This document shows, one piece after another, positions 1-12,041 of a stretch of DNA of 64,000 nt; the first letter of the stretch is position 1, and every line of letters starts with the position of its first letter. The position numbers and the translations under genes are program-made. Origin of the DNA: Oikopleura dioica (taxonomy: Eukaryota; Animalia; Chordata). The notes beneath the pieces are model-generated. The model was not told where the DNA came from. It made no database searches and was given only the letters and a program-made list of their open reading frames with translations. The stretch covers positions 10,540,001-10,604,000 of the forward strand of contig OU015566.1 in assembly GCA_907165135.1 (NCBI GenBank). Direction: 5' to 3'.

Positions 1-332
1 AATCGAAGACGGTCCAATTTTCTTGATCAAAGGAAATCTCAAGAAGGAATCGCTTTCCTTTGCGATTATGGATGCTTCTGGAATCTCAAGAAAAGCAAAG
101 GGAATTATCGGAGGTTTTATTGCGGACGATTCGTACATTATCCACAAGTCTAACGATACACCCACTCTTGGAGTTGTTCAAGCTGGGTAAGATCGATCGA
201 TTTGATTTCCGTTGAAATAGAAAATATTCTAGCAAAAACTATGCATCCACTGAGTTGAAGCACTACCATCGCGAAGAAAAATGCTGGGTCATCGATGAAG
301 AAGACGCCCTTCGAATGATCAGCAAAGTTTGA
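1..332 (+). CDS. 3' end of an inter-alpha-trypsin inhibitor heavy chain-like (ITI_HC_C-like) protein; exons 1-186 and 221-332
   Basis: The spliced frame (GT-AG intron 187-220) reads ...LSFAIMDASGISRKAKGIIGGFI...EKCWVIDEEDALRMISKV*. This resembles the ITIH C-terminal motifs (F.I.+S.G+S..+.G++GQF and CW). The gene enters from the left edge. Confidence 0.5.
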
Positions 333-483
333 TTGCCTTTTTTTCATGTTGTTTTCTATGTTCTTTTTTACGAAATAAATTGAATAATCAAAAGTGATGA
401 CTCTGCTGTTTATCCTTGAAGATTCTAAGATCCGAAGGTCGACCTTGACCTGGCTGGTTTCGTAAAAACAGACAAATGCCAGT

Positions 484-1152
484 CTAAACTGGGTCTTTCA
501 CAATTATGTTTTCGAAATTTCCGACAGAGCATTCATTTCGTATTTTATGCTTTTGGCCGTTACATAATTTCATTGCTTCGTCTTGGGTGCGTATTTGAGC
601 TCCCCTAAATGGCCTCCATATAAGGTCGTGTGTTTTCATGTTCTGGTGTTTGCCCAACTCGCGTGATCTGGTGAAGGTTATGCAAGTAAATAGTGAAATT
701 GCAGACATAAATAGCGCCGCGTTTTTCTCCGACTTCTCAATACAGACTTTATCTACGAGTCGAATCGCCGTTATAAAAACTACCGCGTTGGCAAACCAAA
801 CGCCATTTTCCAAAATATTTTTTGTTGCAGAGAGCCTGAAAGCAAAATTAAAACTACAACATGCAGAAGTCTTTGAAGAAAGTTTTAAGCGCTGTCCAGG
901 CTAGACCAGTTGCCCATTCTACCATCCGCCGATCGCCAATTCCATCTGGAATCAAAATCCAGGTAATAAACCGCTACTTTGACATTTCTAATGATTTTTC
1001 TAGCAAATGTTCCGCGCAATGTCCACTCAAATGACTCCAGGAAAACTCACCGACTTCCAAGGAGAAGAGTTCGACGAGGAAGCCTTCCATCTTTCCGAGG
1101 AATAAGCCCGAAGACAACAAAAGACGCACAACCTGCTTGCCAGAAGCATCAT
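484..1152 (-). CDS. Uncharacterised ~200-aa protein with an Arg/Ser-rich presequence-like N-terminus (3 predicted exons)
   Basis: Phase-consistent GT-AG splicing joins MMLLASRLCVFCCLRAYSSERW..., RFITWILIPDG... and the 484-813 ORF. No family recognised. Confidence 0.35.
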
Positions 1153-1379
1153 TTATTTTTACATGCCATCAAGCAATAAAATTCATCCTTGATAGAGTTA
1201 TTTGAATGCTGGAATTGTTTTATTTTAGAATTAATAGCAGTTTCTGTTCAGGAAGATTTTGTGTATAATTTTGAATTGTTGGTTATTGAAAAGGTAAAAC
1301 GCAGGAAGCAGAATCAAGAGAAGAAAATAGAACAGTTTGAAAGAAAAAAATGTACAGTAAAGAAATATATACAAATAAA

Positions 1380-4300
1380 TTAACGCCTTCTGGCTTTTTT
1401 CAAAAGTCGAGCTTGTATTCCACCCGGGGATATAACGATTTGCGACGATTTCTTTTAAAAATAAATAAGTGGAAAAACAAAGCATTCTCAAACCTGTTCC
1501 CAAGGCTCGCCATCAACTTGAACAGGAATATTCGACAGAAGTTGAATTCTAAAATGCGTCCCTTGAGCTATTCTGATGCCACTTCGGACAGCACTGCTAA
1601 TCGCGGCGAGATGGGAAAAGCCAGTGATTCCTAGAGAGGGTAGTAACAGTCAGCTATTGAGTTCAAATAACTCGTGAGGGGCGCGTGTTTTCTAAGGCGT
1701 GGTGGCGTGGAATCAAATGCAAAAATCAAAATGCAAACGCATGCAAGAAAAACGCGAATATGGTTCGATATGATACTGATCAAATATCAGTGATTTCCGA
1801 TTGCTTGAGTTGATATTCAAAATAAGCTACTTCTAGTAGGAGACTTCCCATGTTATTAATTCGAATCTATAATCTATGATGAGAATCTTAGATCAGTGTT
1901 TTTCTCCAAAGAAGCGCTATTTCTTTTTACCTATGCATTCTAATACTCCATCGGAAATATTCTGCGGAATCCACTTGCCCTCCTGCGATCCAGACGAGTG
2001 CGGCACCTTCCAGACATCATTGCCACTCCCCCAGGAGGGAATGTTTGTAAAGATCAGTCCCTGTATTTCTGGAAGCGAAATTTCCTCGCCATCGCATGTG
2101 AGGGTGATTACGTTGTTTATGTGCTTTGACGGACCGTTGAATTTTTGCAAGCCAGCTTTGCAGTAGTTCAACTTGTTGAAGAAACGAGAGTTGAATTTGG
2201 ACGGGTTTTGCAGGCGATTCCGGTGAAAGGAAAGGGCGATTTCTGCGTCTAGGCCAATACCAAAATAGTTGCTGAAAACAAAACTTGTAAAAATATCTTC
2301 TTGACGTCAAAGAATGCCACTGAATGGCGTTCTTCGTAGATTTAATTTCTCGAATTACCTCATTGTAACCATTTTGACACCCCTCTGAATACAACTTTCA
2401 CAGTGCGCCTCCGGCACTTCTGCATTTTCGATATCATAAGTTCTGATCGAATCACCAGTAGCTTGCGAGACTCCATCCCCAGCAAACGAGACTTGAACAT
2501 CGACCTCGGCTTGGAAAGTCATTTGCCGCTCGAGTTTCATCTTCTCGTTGCGCTTGTAGATCTCCATTTCAGAATTATCAGTAGTTTGAGAGTCGCTATC
2601 GTCGGTTTCCGACGAGCGGCCTAGTTGGGCAAGATCAGCAGCGATGGTTGGATCAGTAAATCGTCCTTCGAAACGTTTTTAATTGTGATTTCGGGGAACA
2701 AGCCGAAATATAAAAATTTAACGTGATTCACAATTAAATTTCATATTTCATTCAAAGATCGCTTTTCGAGCAATAATAAGTTCAGTATTTTGTTGAAAAT
2801 ACTCAAGCTCAACCAGGTAAAGGAAAAATATAAGCCCACTATATTTTTGATACCTTTTTGCTTGGCTAAAATAATTTTTATACCACGAAAATATTCCACT
2901 ACTAACCTTCACACTTATCGCAACGTTTATACGAGTCGATGAGAATATTCCATCTGTCCAAGAAGCATTTTTCTGCGTTTTGAATACATTGAAGAATAGG
3001 AACGAGGTCATTTCCCGTGTAGCCTTTTCCCCAGCCCATAACTCGGGAAAGGTCGTTTCCAGTTCCCAGCGGTAGAACTGCTATTGCTGGCTGACTGCAC
3101 TAGAATCCAATGATACAATCGTGACAAAGACGAAACGTCATCAAAAAAGGGGTGTACTTACAGTCAAATATTTATGCAGGTCCTCCACACCTTGAAGAAC
3201 CCAGCCAAGCGTCCCATCGCCGCCGCAAACAATTATCCTGAATAAAGAATAGATGACCCAATCGGAAGTGACGTTTCGTTGCAACTCCCATGTTCTTGTT
3301 TATTATTTACCTAAACTTGGCTACGTTTCGGAAGGTAAACAAGCCCGGAAACGGACCAGCTTCGTGGAGCTCAAAGACTTGGTATCTGGAGAAGTAGTAT
3401 TTCAATTCTTCAGCAACTTTCTTTCCCTGCCCACCGCCAGACTTGGGATTAACGAAGAATAGCACGGGCTCCCGGTCAACCATTGTTTGGCCTACAATTC
3501 TTTCGTCAAAAAAATTCGAGAGGGCGTTAATGTTATGACCCGTTTTTCAAGTTCAGCGGGTAATTAAATCAGGGCTGCCCAATCGGATCGGAATCCGATC
3601 GGAAATCCGATCCGATCGGAATCGGATCGGTAATCGGTCGGATCGGATGAGGAGATTTTAGTCATGTCCGATCGGGAAAATCGGTTCCGATCGGTAAAAT
3701 CGGATCGGAATTTCCGATCGGAAAATTCGGATCCCCGTCGGATCGAACCACTAAAAAGCTACCAAAAATGGCGCCAGGGACTAAATTCACATAGGCCAAG
3801 GACTTAATTCACATAGGCCAGGGACTTTATTCACATAGGCTTTTTTGAAGACTTATTTTTCATCATTCTGCTCCAAATTGGTGGAGGTGTGAGTCGAGAT
3901 ATTTCAATTCTCTCTTTTGCACCAAGTTGGTGAGGGTCTGTAGTGTGTTAGATAAGCTTTTGGTGTCAACACCATAACTGGCGGTGGAGTAATCAGCTGC
4001 TCAAAAATACACTAAAACCATAGGAAAAAATCTTGATGACGTCATTAATCCACCACCAACACTGGTGTTTGCGCCAAACATGTCAAGAATGTTTGATATT
4101 GATGTAAGGAATACCCCTTAGTGATGAAATTGCAGATCTATAGACTGTAAGCACGTTTCAATTTTATTATGTCCCCCACGACCAGTCGGAAATTCCGGAT
4201 TCATGACGTCATTGCTCCACCACCAGTGATGTTGAAGGCACCAAAAGCTTATTTCACACTACAGACCTTTCTCTACATGACACAAATGAGAGAACTAAAA

Positions 4301-5304
4301 ATTTTTGAATTTAAGGTAGTCAAAAGTGCTCCACCATTTTGCAGCAGTATAAAAAAAAACCTGTTTCTACTGTCGCCATGAACACTATTGAAAAAACTGC
4401 CACTTTTTGAAAATTGAAAATCTTCCTTGATTTTTCCGATCGGAAAAGTTTCCGATCGGACATGTTTTTCCGATCGGAATTGGAAAATCCGATCGGAATC
4501 GGTAATCGGATCGGAAATCGGTCGGATCGGATGAGGTTCGGATCGGATCGGATCGGAATCGGATCGCCGAGACCAAGATTTCCTGTCCGATTGGGCAGCC
4601 CTGATTAAATATCGTCATCGAGCTGTGACGTTAGTTCAAATTTAACCGAGCTATTTAAAATTCAACTAAACTTACAATAGATACTCGGTAGAATTTCAAG
4701 CCTCAAGTGCGGCAGCTCTTCTTGGAACAATCTGAAGCTCAAGAACGCCGCTTTCTTGCTCCAGAACGAAAGAAAAGCTGTCCCATGCTGCGTGAAAACA
4801 GGCCCAAGATGGCCATGCTGAACTTCTTCTCCCTCATCTACGCCGCTGTCGTCCAAGTTGAACATGTAGTTCTTCAAGTAGTTACTGTACCAGGCTTTTG
4901 GTCGACACTTCTCCATGCCAGAAATGCAAATGATGCAAACGGGGCTGTCTTGATCGCGCCGGCTAACTGCAAAATTGGAATTTTTGAAAAAACGCTGGGA
5001 AAACTAACCGAATCGCTGATTTTCGCCAGCCGCCCCTCGTGTTATTCGTCATTTTGTCTGGGTCTTCGTTCTCCGGAGCGAAGCTCAGAGCGCATCTTTC
5101 CGAATCCACTTGAGGTGCATTGATCGAGCTAGCAGGGAGCTTCATATCATCCAGATCTCTTCTGATAATTTCTCTTGCCTTCTGGATCCGAGCCGAGGCA
5201 GAATGGTCCATGCGTTGGACCACCTTAATTTTTTTCGTTTTACTCTTTGCCAGTATTTTCTTTTGGAGGCCTTTGAAGCACATGCTTGCATTTGCACTGG
5301 CCAT
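1380..5304 (-). CDS. Diacylglycerol kinase (catalytic + accessory domains), multi-exon; start codon uncertain
   Basis: Motifs FFVNPKSGGGQG, IIVCGGDGTLGWVL, AVLPLGTGNDLSRVMGWG, NYFGIGLDA, LIFTNIPSWGSG and IPVQVDGEPW occur in order across GT-AG introns. Stop at 1380-1382. Confidence 0.92.
3570..4603. mobile_element. Non-autonomous DNA transposon (MITE-like, ~1.03 kb) in a DGK intron
   Basis: TIRs CAGGGCTGCCCAATCGGA / TCCGATTGGGCAGCCCTG. 7-bp direct repeat ATTAAAT at 3563-3569 and 4604-4610. Dense TCGGA/TCCGA subterminal repeats. No transposase ORF. Confidence 0.9.
3775..3840. repeat. 3 x 22-bp tandem repeat inside the MITE
   Basis: Unit CA(G/A)GGACT(A/T)(A/T)ATTCACATAGGC, three copies. Confidence 0.9.
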
Positions 5305-6729
5305 GTGTCCACTTCTCAATTATGGCTCTCTTTCTCTTTCGAGTGAGGGGGATATTATATTGTTTCTTTTAGGTGGTTATAAAATCATTGGGCCTCTGGT
5401 GACGTCGGAGTATACTATTCACTACGCGCCACCAGAGATGCTCGGGGCGTCAAAGCGCCACGACAGATCATGCAACTCCAAAGGCGCATACAAGCATAAA
5501 TGCTTGATTATTCAGAAAAGGACGCAATTGAATGCCCTTGGACTGTCAGAAATGTTCGAAAAGGCGATGTTGGAAGACAAATGACATCAAAAGACTTTTA
5601 ATTCTTTCTGACGATCCCGAGCTAAGTAAAAATCTTTTCTGTAAAATAAGAAGATGCCTTGGATATACTGATAATGATTGCATAAGAACCCCGGAAATCT
5701 ACGACCTTCTCTAGCCAAGGCGTGAGAAATGTCAGAAAATCTTTTAGGCTTTGACAGATAACACAGTCTTTAACATAAGTTATGTTACATAACCTTTCGC
5801 TAGAAATTCCAAGCATCTTATCATTTTTACAAGGTACAGCTAAGAATAAGGGAAACTACATCACTTCTTCATCACATCATCACTTTCTTGTTCAGAGAAA
5901 GTTAATCACCAACTAATGATGATTGAACATCTCTTTTAAACACACTCATTTTGATTGAATTGAATCATGCAACTTTACAGTGAATGGCCGGTCAAAAGAA
6001 ACAGGGTTTACAAAAGTGATTCGGATGCCTCTTTTTTATCTGGGCTTACCTCATTATGTTCTCTATCGCTTTCTAGTGGCGTGGAAATACTCCTCGGTAG
6101 CATAGGCGATCCTATCAGTGGTCCCCTCTTGGCGAGTGCCGCGAAAAAGAGCACATCTAGCGTCGACGAAATCACGAACTCGACTGCGGCCCAAATGATC
6201 TGAAACTTACTTCTAAATCTCTCATCTTCTTCCTATCTCTATGAATGATTAAACAGATAAAGTTGTACACGTCACTAATTGTTCCATACGACAGTTTAAT
6301 CATATTTAAACAGAGCTCAGGTAACTCAAGTTTGAAGGTCACTTTAAGGGTGGCCACGTATGCTTTTCTTTTTATAATCATTCGATTTTAAGGAAACCCG
6401 AAGCGATAATTTCATGCGAAAGTAACTAAAAAAGGCGGATAATAGTCGTAAAATTATTGTTCTGTGAAAGATTCCTGATTCAACGCTCAACTCTATCAAT
6501 GAATATTAATAGGATTCAGAATACAGTATTCTGAATACTTAAATGTAGTCATTTGTGATGATTACAACTGTAATCATTGTACCGTTTGATTTGAGCTTTA
6601 GAGAAATCGTGGCGGGTGCTATTTTCAAAGTTGGCGCGTAAATTTCAAATCGGGCCAATAATTTTCTGTGCCAACAAGGCAGGCGAGGAAAAACTATCGT
6701 CGGTCGAGAATTGTTATCTGAGAAATTCA

Positions 6730-7713
6730 ATGGCGCATAAAAGCAAGTACTACAAGGAGCTGAACGATGGAGTTCTGGATCTGTCGATGCAAAATTTAAA
6801 GACGGTTAGTTGATTGAAAGGTGATGAGAAATAGGGATTACAAGTGGTTTTTCTGTCAATAACATGGCCCTTTAGCAAATTAATTAACTCAAATTCTGAT
6901 CCATTTTTTAGTTCCCTCTTGCCGACCTTCTCCCTCTCGCGGACCGAATTAAGCGCCTGGATCTCTCGCGAAATAATCTCATTGACCTGCCTCCTGAAAT
7001 TGCCACTTTCAAAAACCTCACGGAGCTGGATCTTTCTGGTAATGCCCTGTCAATACTGCCGAATGAGATCTCAAAATGCTCGAAAATCAGCAAGCTGATC
7101 TTGGAAGGAAATGCTTTGACAAACCTGCCGGAAGATTTCGTTGAACTAAAGAGGCTCTTTCATTTGGATCTACGAGGCAATCCTCTATCGCCGCATCTTC
7201 AAAATGCCGCTGGAGACTGCCAAAGTAAAAGGTACAAAAGATCTGAGATCGTTTACTGATAGATTTTTTAGAGAATGCGAAGTCGCTGCGGGAAGAGTCA
7301 TGAAATTCCAAGCTGTTTATCAACAAAAATGTCAAAAAACACGAAAAGAAGCAGAAGCGAAGAAAAGAAAGGAACAAAACAGGGCCAAACGAGCGGCTAA
7401 GGAGGCGAAGCTTGCTGAAAAGGTAAAAATCAATCGAAAATCCCGGTTCTTGATAAGAAAAATTATTTAGGAAAAGCGAAGAAAGGCTTGGGAACAAGAA
7501 CAGCTCAGAAAAAAGCTCGAATCCGATATTTTCGGAAGTAACGAAGGAGAGTTGAAAGATGGAGAGGAAAATACAGAGGAAGAAGAAGAAGCGTCAATTG
7601 AAATGGATATTGAAGAAAACAAGAGCTCTACTTATTCGATGAAGATGTTTATTTTCGCGATTTTGGCCGCTATCTTGGCAGTCTATTTCGAACTTGTGCA
7701 GATAAAATATTAG
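6730..7713 (+). CDS. LRRC59: Leucine-rich repeat-containing protein 59 (LRRs, coiled coil, C-terminal TM anchor)
   Basis: Spliced product: ELNDGVLDLSMQNLK, LRRs (LDLSRNNL, LDLSGNAL, LDLRGNPL), AAGDC...ECEVAAGRVMK, a K/E/R coiled coil and a hydrophobic tail MFIFAILAAILAVYF. This is the LRRC59 architecture. Confidence 0.8.
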
Positions 7714-7771
7714 CTGATGTGCAATTTCTAGGGTTTTTCTTTGGACAGATAATAAATAACGAAAAATAGAT

Positions 7772-8143
7772 TTATTCGTCAATTTCATGCAGGTCGGTTT
7801 CCCATTCCATCTCTTCTAGGTTGTTCATTCGCAGGTAAATTTTCTTCGCCAGCATTTTCTTTGATGAGCCAGTCAGTGGGACCTTCTTAATTTTGTATTT
7901 GTCGAGCAACGCGTTGAAATCGGCATTTGAGAGCTTTTCTATTTCGTCTTTTGAGAAATTTTCTTTTTCGATTTTTTCAATTTCGGTTTTTCGTTGATTC
8001 TTCGGCTCTTTTTGAAGCTCCATCAGCTTCTTTTTGTAGTATTTTCTTGTAAAATCGGAAATGGGAGCGCATTTGAAACCGGCTTCCTTGCAGGCTGCTC
8101 GCAAGTCCGAATCGGTCATGTTTTCAATTTCACAATTCGACAT
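7772..8143 (-). CDS. Small intronless protein with two LEM/LEM-like (HeH) motifs, no TM segment
   Basis: MTDSDLRAACKEAGFKCAPISDFTRKYYKKKL and LSNADFNALLDKYKIKKVPLTGSSKKMLAKKI both fit the LEM consensus. TTCCAG immediately precedes the C-ATG. Confidence 0.75.
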   Translation of the reverse strand: MSNCEIENMTDSDLRAACKEAGFKCAPISDFTRKYYKKKLMELQKEPKNQRKTEIEKIEKENFSKDEIEKLSNADFNALLDKYKIKKVPLTGSSKKMLAKKIYLRMNNLEEMEWETDLHEIDE

Positions 8144-8249
8144 GCTGGAAAAGACACTTTTGAAGGTTTTATGAGAACTTTATTGTTATTCAGGGATGTT
8201 GCTATTTGAACAGACATACATGGAGTTGTTTCTTTGAACTTGACTTTCA

Positions 8250-9915
<1,666 letters not shown>

Positions 9916-10191
9916 TCTATAAATAAAGGATGAGAGCTCTTGTTGATATAAAATTGAAAACGTGCAGGATAAAAATTATGTTTCAACTTATGATAATTTG
10001 ATGCTTGGTAGAACATTTCTCTCGAATTCGTGAGAAAAGAAAGATTACATAACCTTATCGAGCACGATTTCAAATGGGCGGCTCAGCGCCTGAGTCACAA
10101 CTTTACTCTGTTTATAATTCAATAAAAAGCGTTGTCAGTCTTTGATTTTGAAAGTATTTTTTTCTTGAAAGTGAATAAATGAGAGGACGCT

Positions 10192-11216
10192 TTAGCTGCT
10201 GCGCATTTGTGCGAGAACGCGTTTGAAAAAGGTGGATTGCTCGAAGATTTCTTCGTTGCCGGAAATGTTGGGATCGTAGATTCTGTTCTTGAAGAAGTTT
10301 GGCTCTGAAAAAATGATATGAAATAATTGAAGATATAAAAGACTCACCTATCCAAACACAAGTATTCGCATGACCATTATCAACTAACGAAGCACTCAAG
10401 TCGACGTTTTTAAAAAGCAAACAAATGCCACCGGGAAAGGGAAACTTCGAGCAGGTTCTTCCCCATCTGTCAAAGTAATTCTTCGGTGGTTCCATAATCT
10501 CGGATCCTGCGAAGAGCGATTTAACGGAAGAACCAACATCGAAATCGGCGCTTTCTGCGGGGATGTTAATAAAAATGTTGGCTTCTTTGCTCTTGTGGAA
10601 GTTGTAGCTTTCGACGGCAACTGTGGTGACGCCTGTTTCTTCATTGAACCAAAGGCCGCGCAAGGGTTGTCTCGCGATCTAAAACAACAAATAGCCACTC
10701 TAGAATGACAGGGAGTCTTACTTGATTACCATATGAAAAGCTGAACATCAATCCAGAATACAAAATCGCGTTAATCGCGCCAAACCAGATGCTCAACGTT
10801 GGGAAAATGATTAAATTTGACATGCAAAGCATTCCAACAATCCCTGTTACTCCCACAGATCTTCTTGAAAACGATGTTTGTAATGTAGTCGTGAAAGCTT
10901 GGATTTGAGCATTATGTCGCGCTGCTTTTTCGTCCTCACTCATCCCAGATGTTTGAGCCGCGTTTGGCTTGTTCATCATAACTGCTTGATACAAGCATTT
11001 CGGATTTCCAGGGAGCTTGTGGGTAGTCCAGATTTCCTGGGGACTTTCGGTAGTATCTATTTTTTGAATTGGCGTTCTGTTTTCTTCAACTGGTCGTTCA
11101 GGCGCGGGTCGACCTCCTCTTCCTCGACCATACGCAATATTCGCCAGCGATAACGGCCGGGAACATACGATAGGCGCGAACCTATTTCTTGTTATTCCGA
11201 TTAAGATCTGACTCAT
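10192..11216 (-). CDS. Mitochondrial two-TM protein, TMEM70/TMEM186/TMEM223-like
   Basis: Basic presequence-like start and two hydrophobic helices, then LRGLWFNEETGVTTVAVESYNF...WIEPNFFKNRIYD, resembling the post-TM region of TMEM70/186. Three exons, phases consistent. Confidence 0.5.
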
Positions 11217-11869
11217 CTACAAAACAATAATAAGAAGAAAGAAGGGGGATATGAATTCGTGTTGTTTTTGTGGGAACTCCAAATAAATAAAGTTTAAAAG
11301 AATGTACAGAGGAGTTAGAAGCCGTTCTCGAACATGTCCAGAACTTTGGAATTTTTCTGGGGGTTTGATCTTTGACGGGAGAGATTGGCGAAGAGTGCGT
11401 CGAGCTCGTCTAAAAATAAAACCATCATTCGAAAGAGTGGTGAATATCCTACCCAAAACAGTCTCTTCTTGGGAGTTGCGGTGTTGATTGTACGGACTCT
11501 GGTAGCTCTCTGACCTGTGCCACTTCATGGAACTATAAACAACTGATCCTTCTGATCTGATAAGTATGCGCTGATCATATTCAGCTCGCTTTTGGGGATG
11601 AGATAAAACGGTAAATGCTTCGGTAACAATTTTGAATTGAGCTTCTTTTGACTCATCCCCAGGGTGACGATCGGGGTGCGTTTGGAAAACGAGCTTTCGG
11701 TAAGCCCGGCGAATTTCGTCTCTTGGGGCGTCTTCGTCGACCCCTGGGAGAAAAGAAAAAATAAGCTAAAAAGAGAAGTCGATTCCTTACCAAGGGCATC
11801 GTAGTAGTTAAGGGTTTTTGTACAAAACGCCCTTTTCGCGACCCCCCTTGTAATCAAGCCGAGGACCAT
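11217..11869 (-). CDS. DnaJ (J-domain) protein with presequence-like N-terminus and hydrophobic C-terminus (DNAJC4/DNAJC30-like)
   Basis: [35 protein letters not shown]...FKIVTEAFTVLSHPQKRAEYD after one GT-AG intron. HPD motif intact. Confidence 0.85.
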
Positions 11870-12041
11870 CTGAATCAACAAGTGAAGAAGCTTCAGTTCC
11901 AGAACCATGTTATATTTTCTGTTAAGGCACATGTAAAATATGGCGCAAGAAAGAACAGTGAAAAAAGATGGTGATGGTAAGCTGATGGACTTTAATTTAA
12001 ATAGTTTTTACTGAACTTTGTGAGTAATCAAAAGTTTGAAG

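Noticed and set aside
5622-6730. Minus-strand hydrophobic exon-like segments between DGK and LRRC59
   Set aside because: One plausible terminal exon (~5995-6228) but no coherent start or family.
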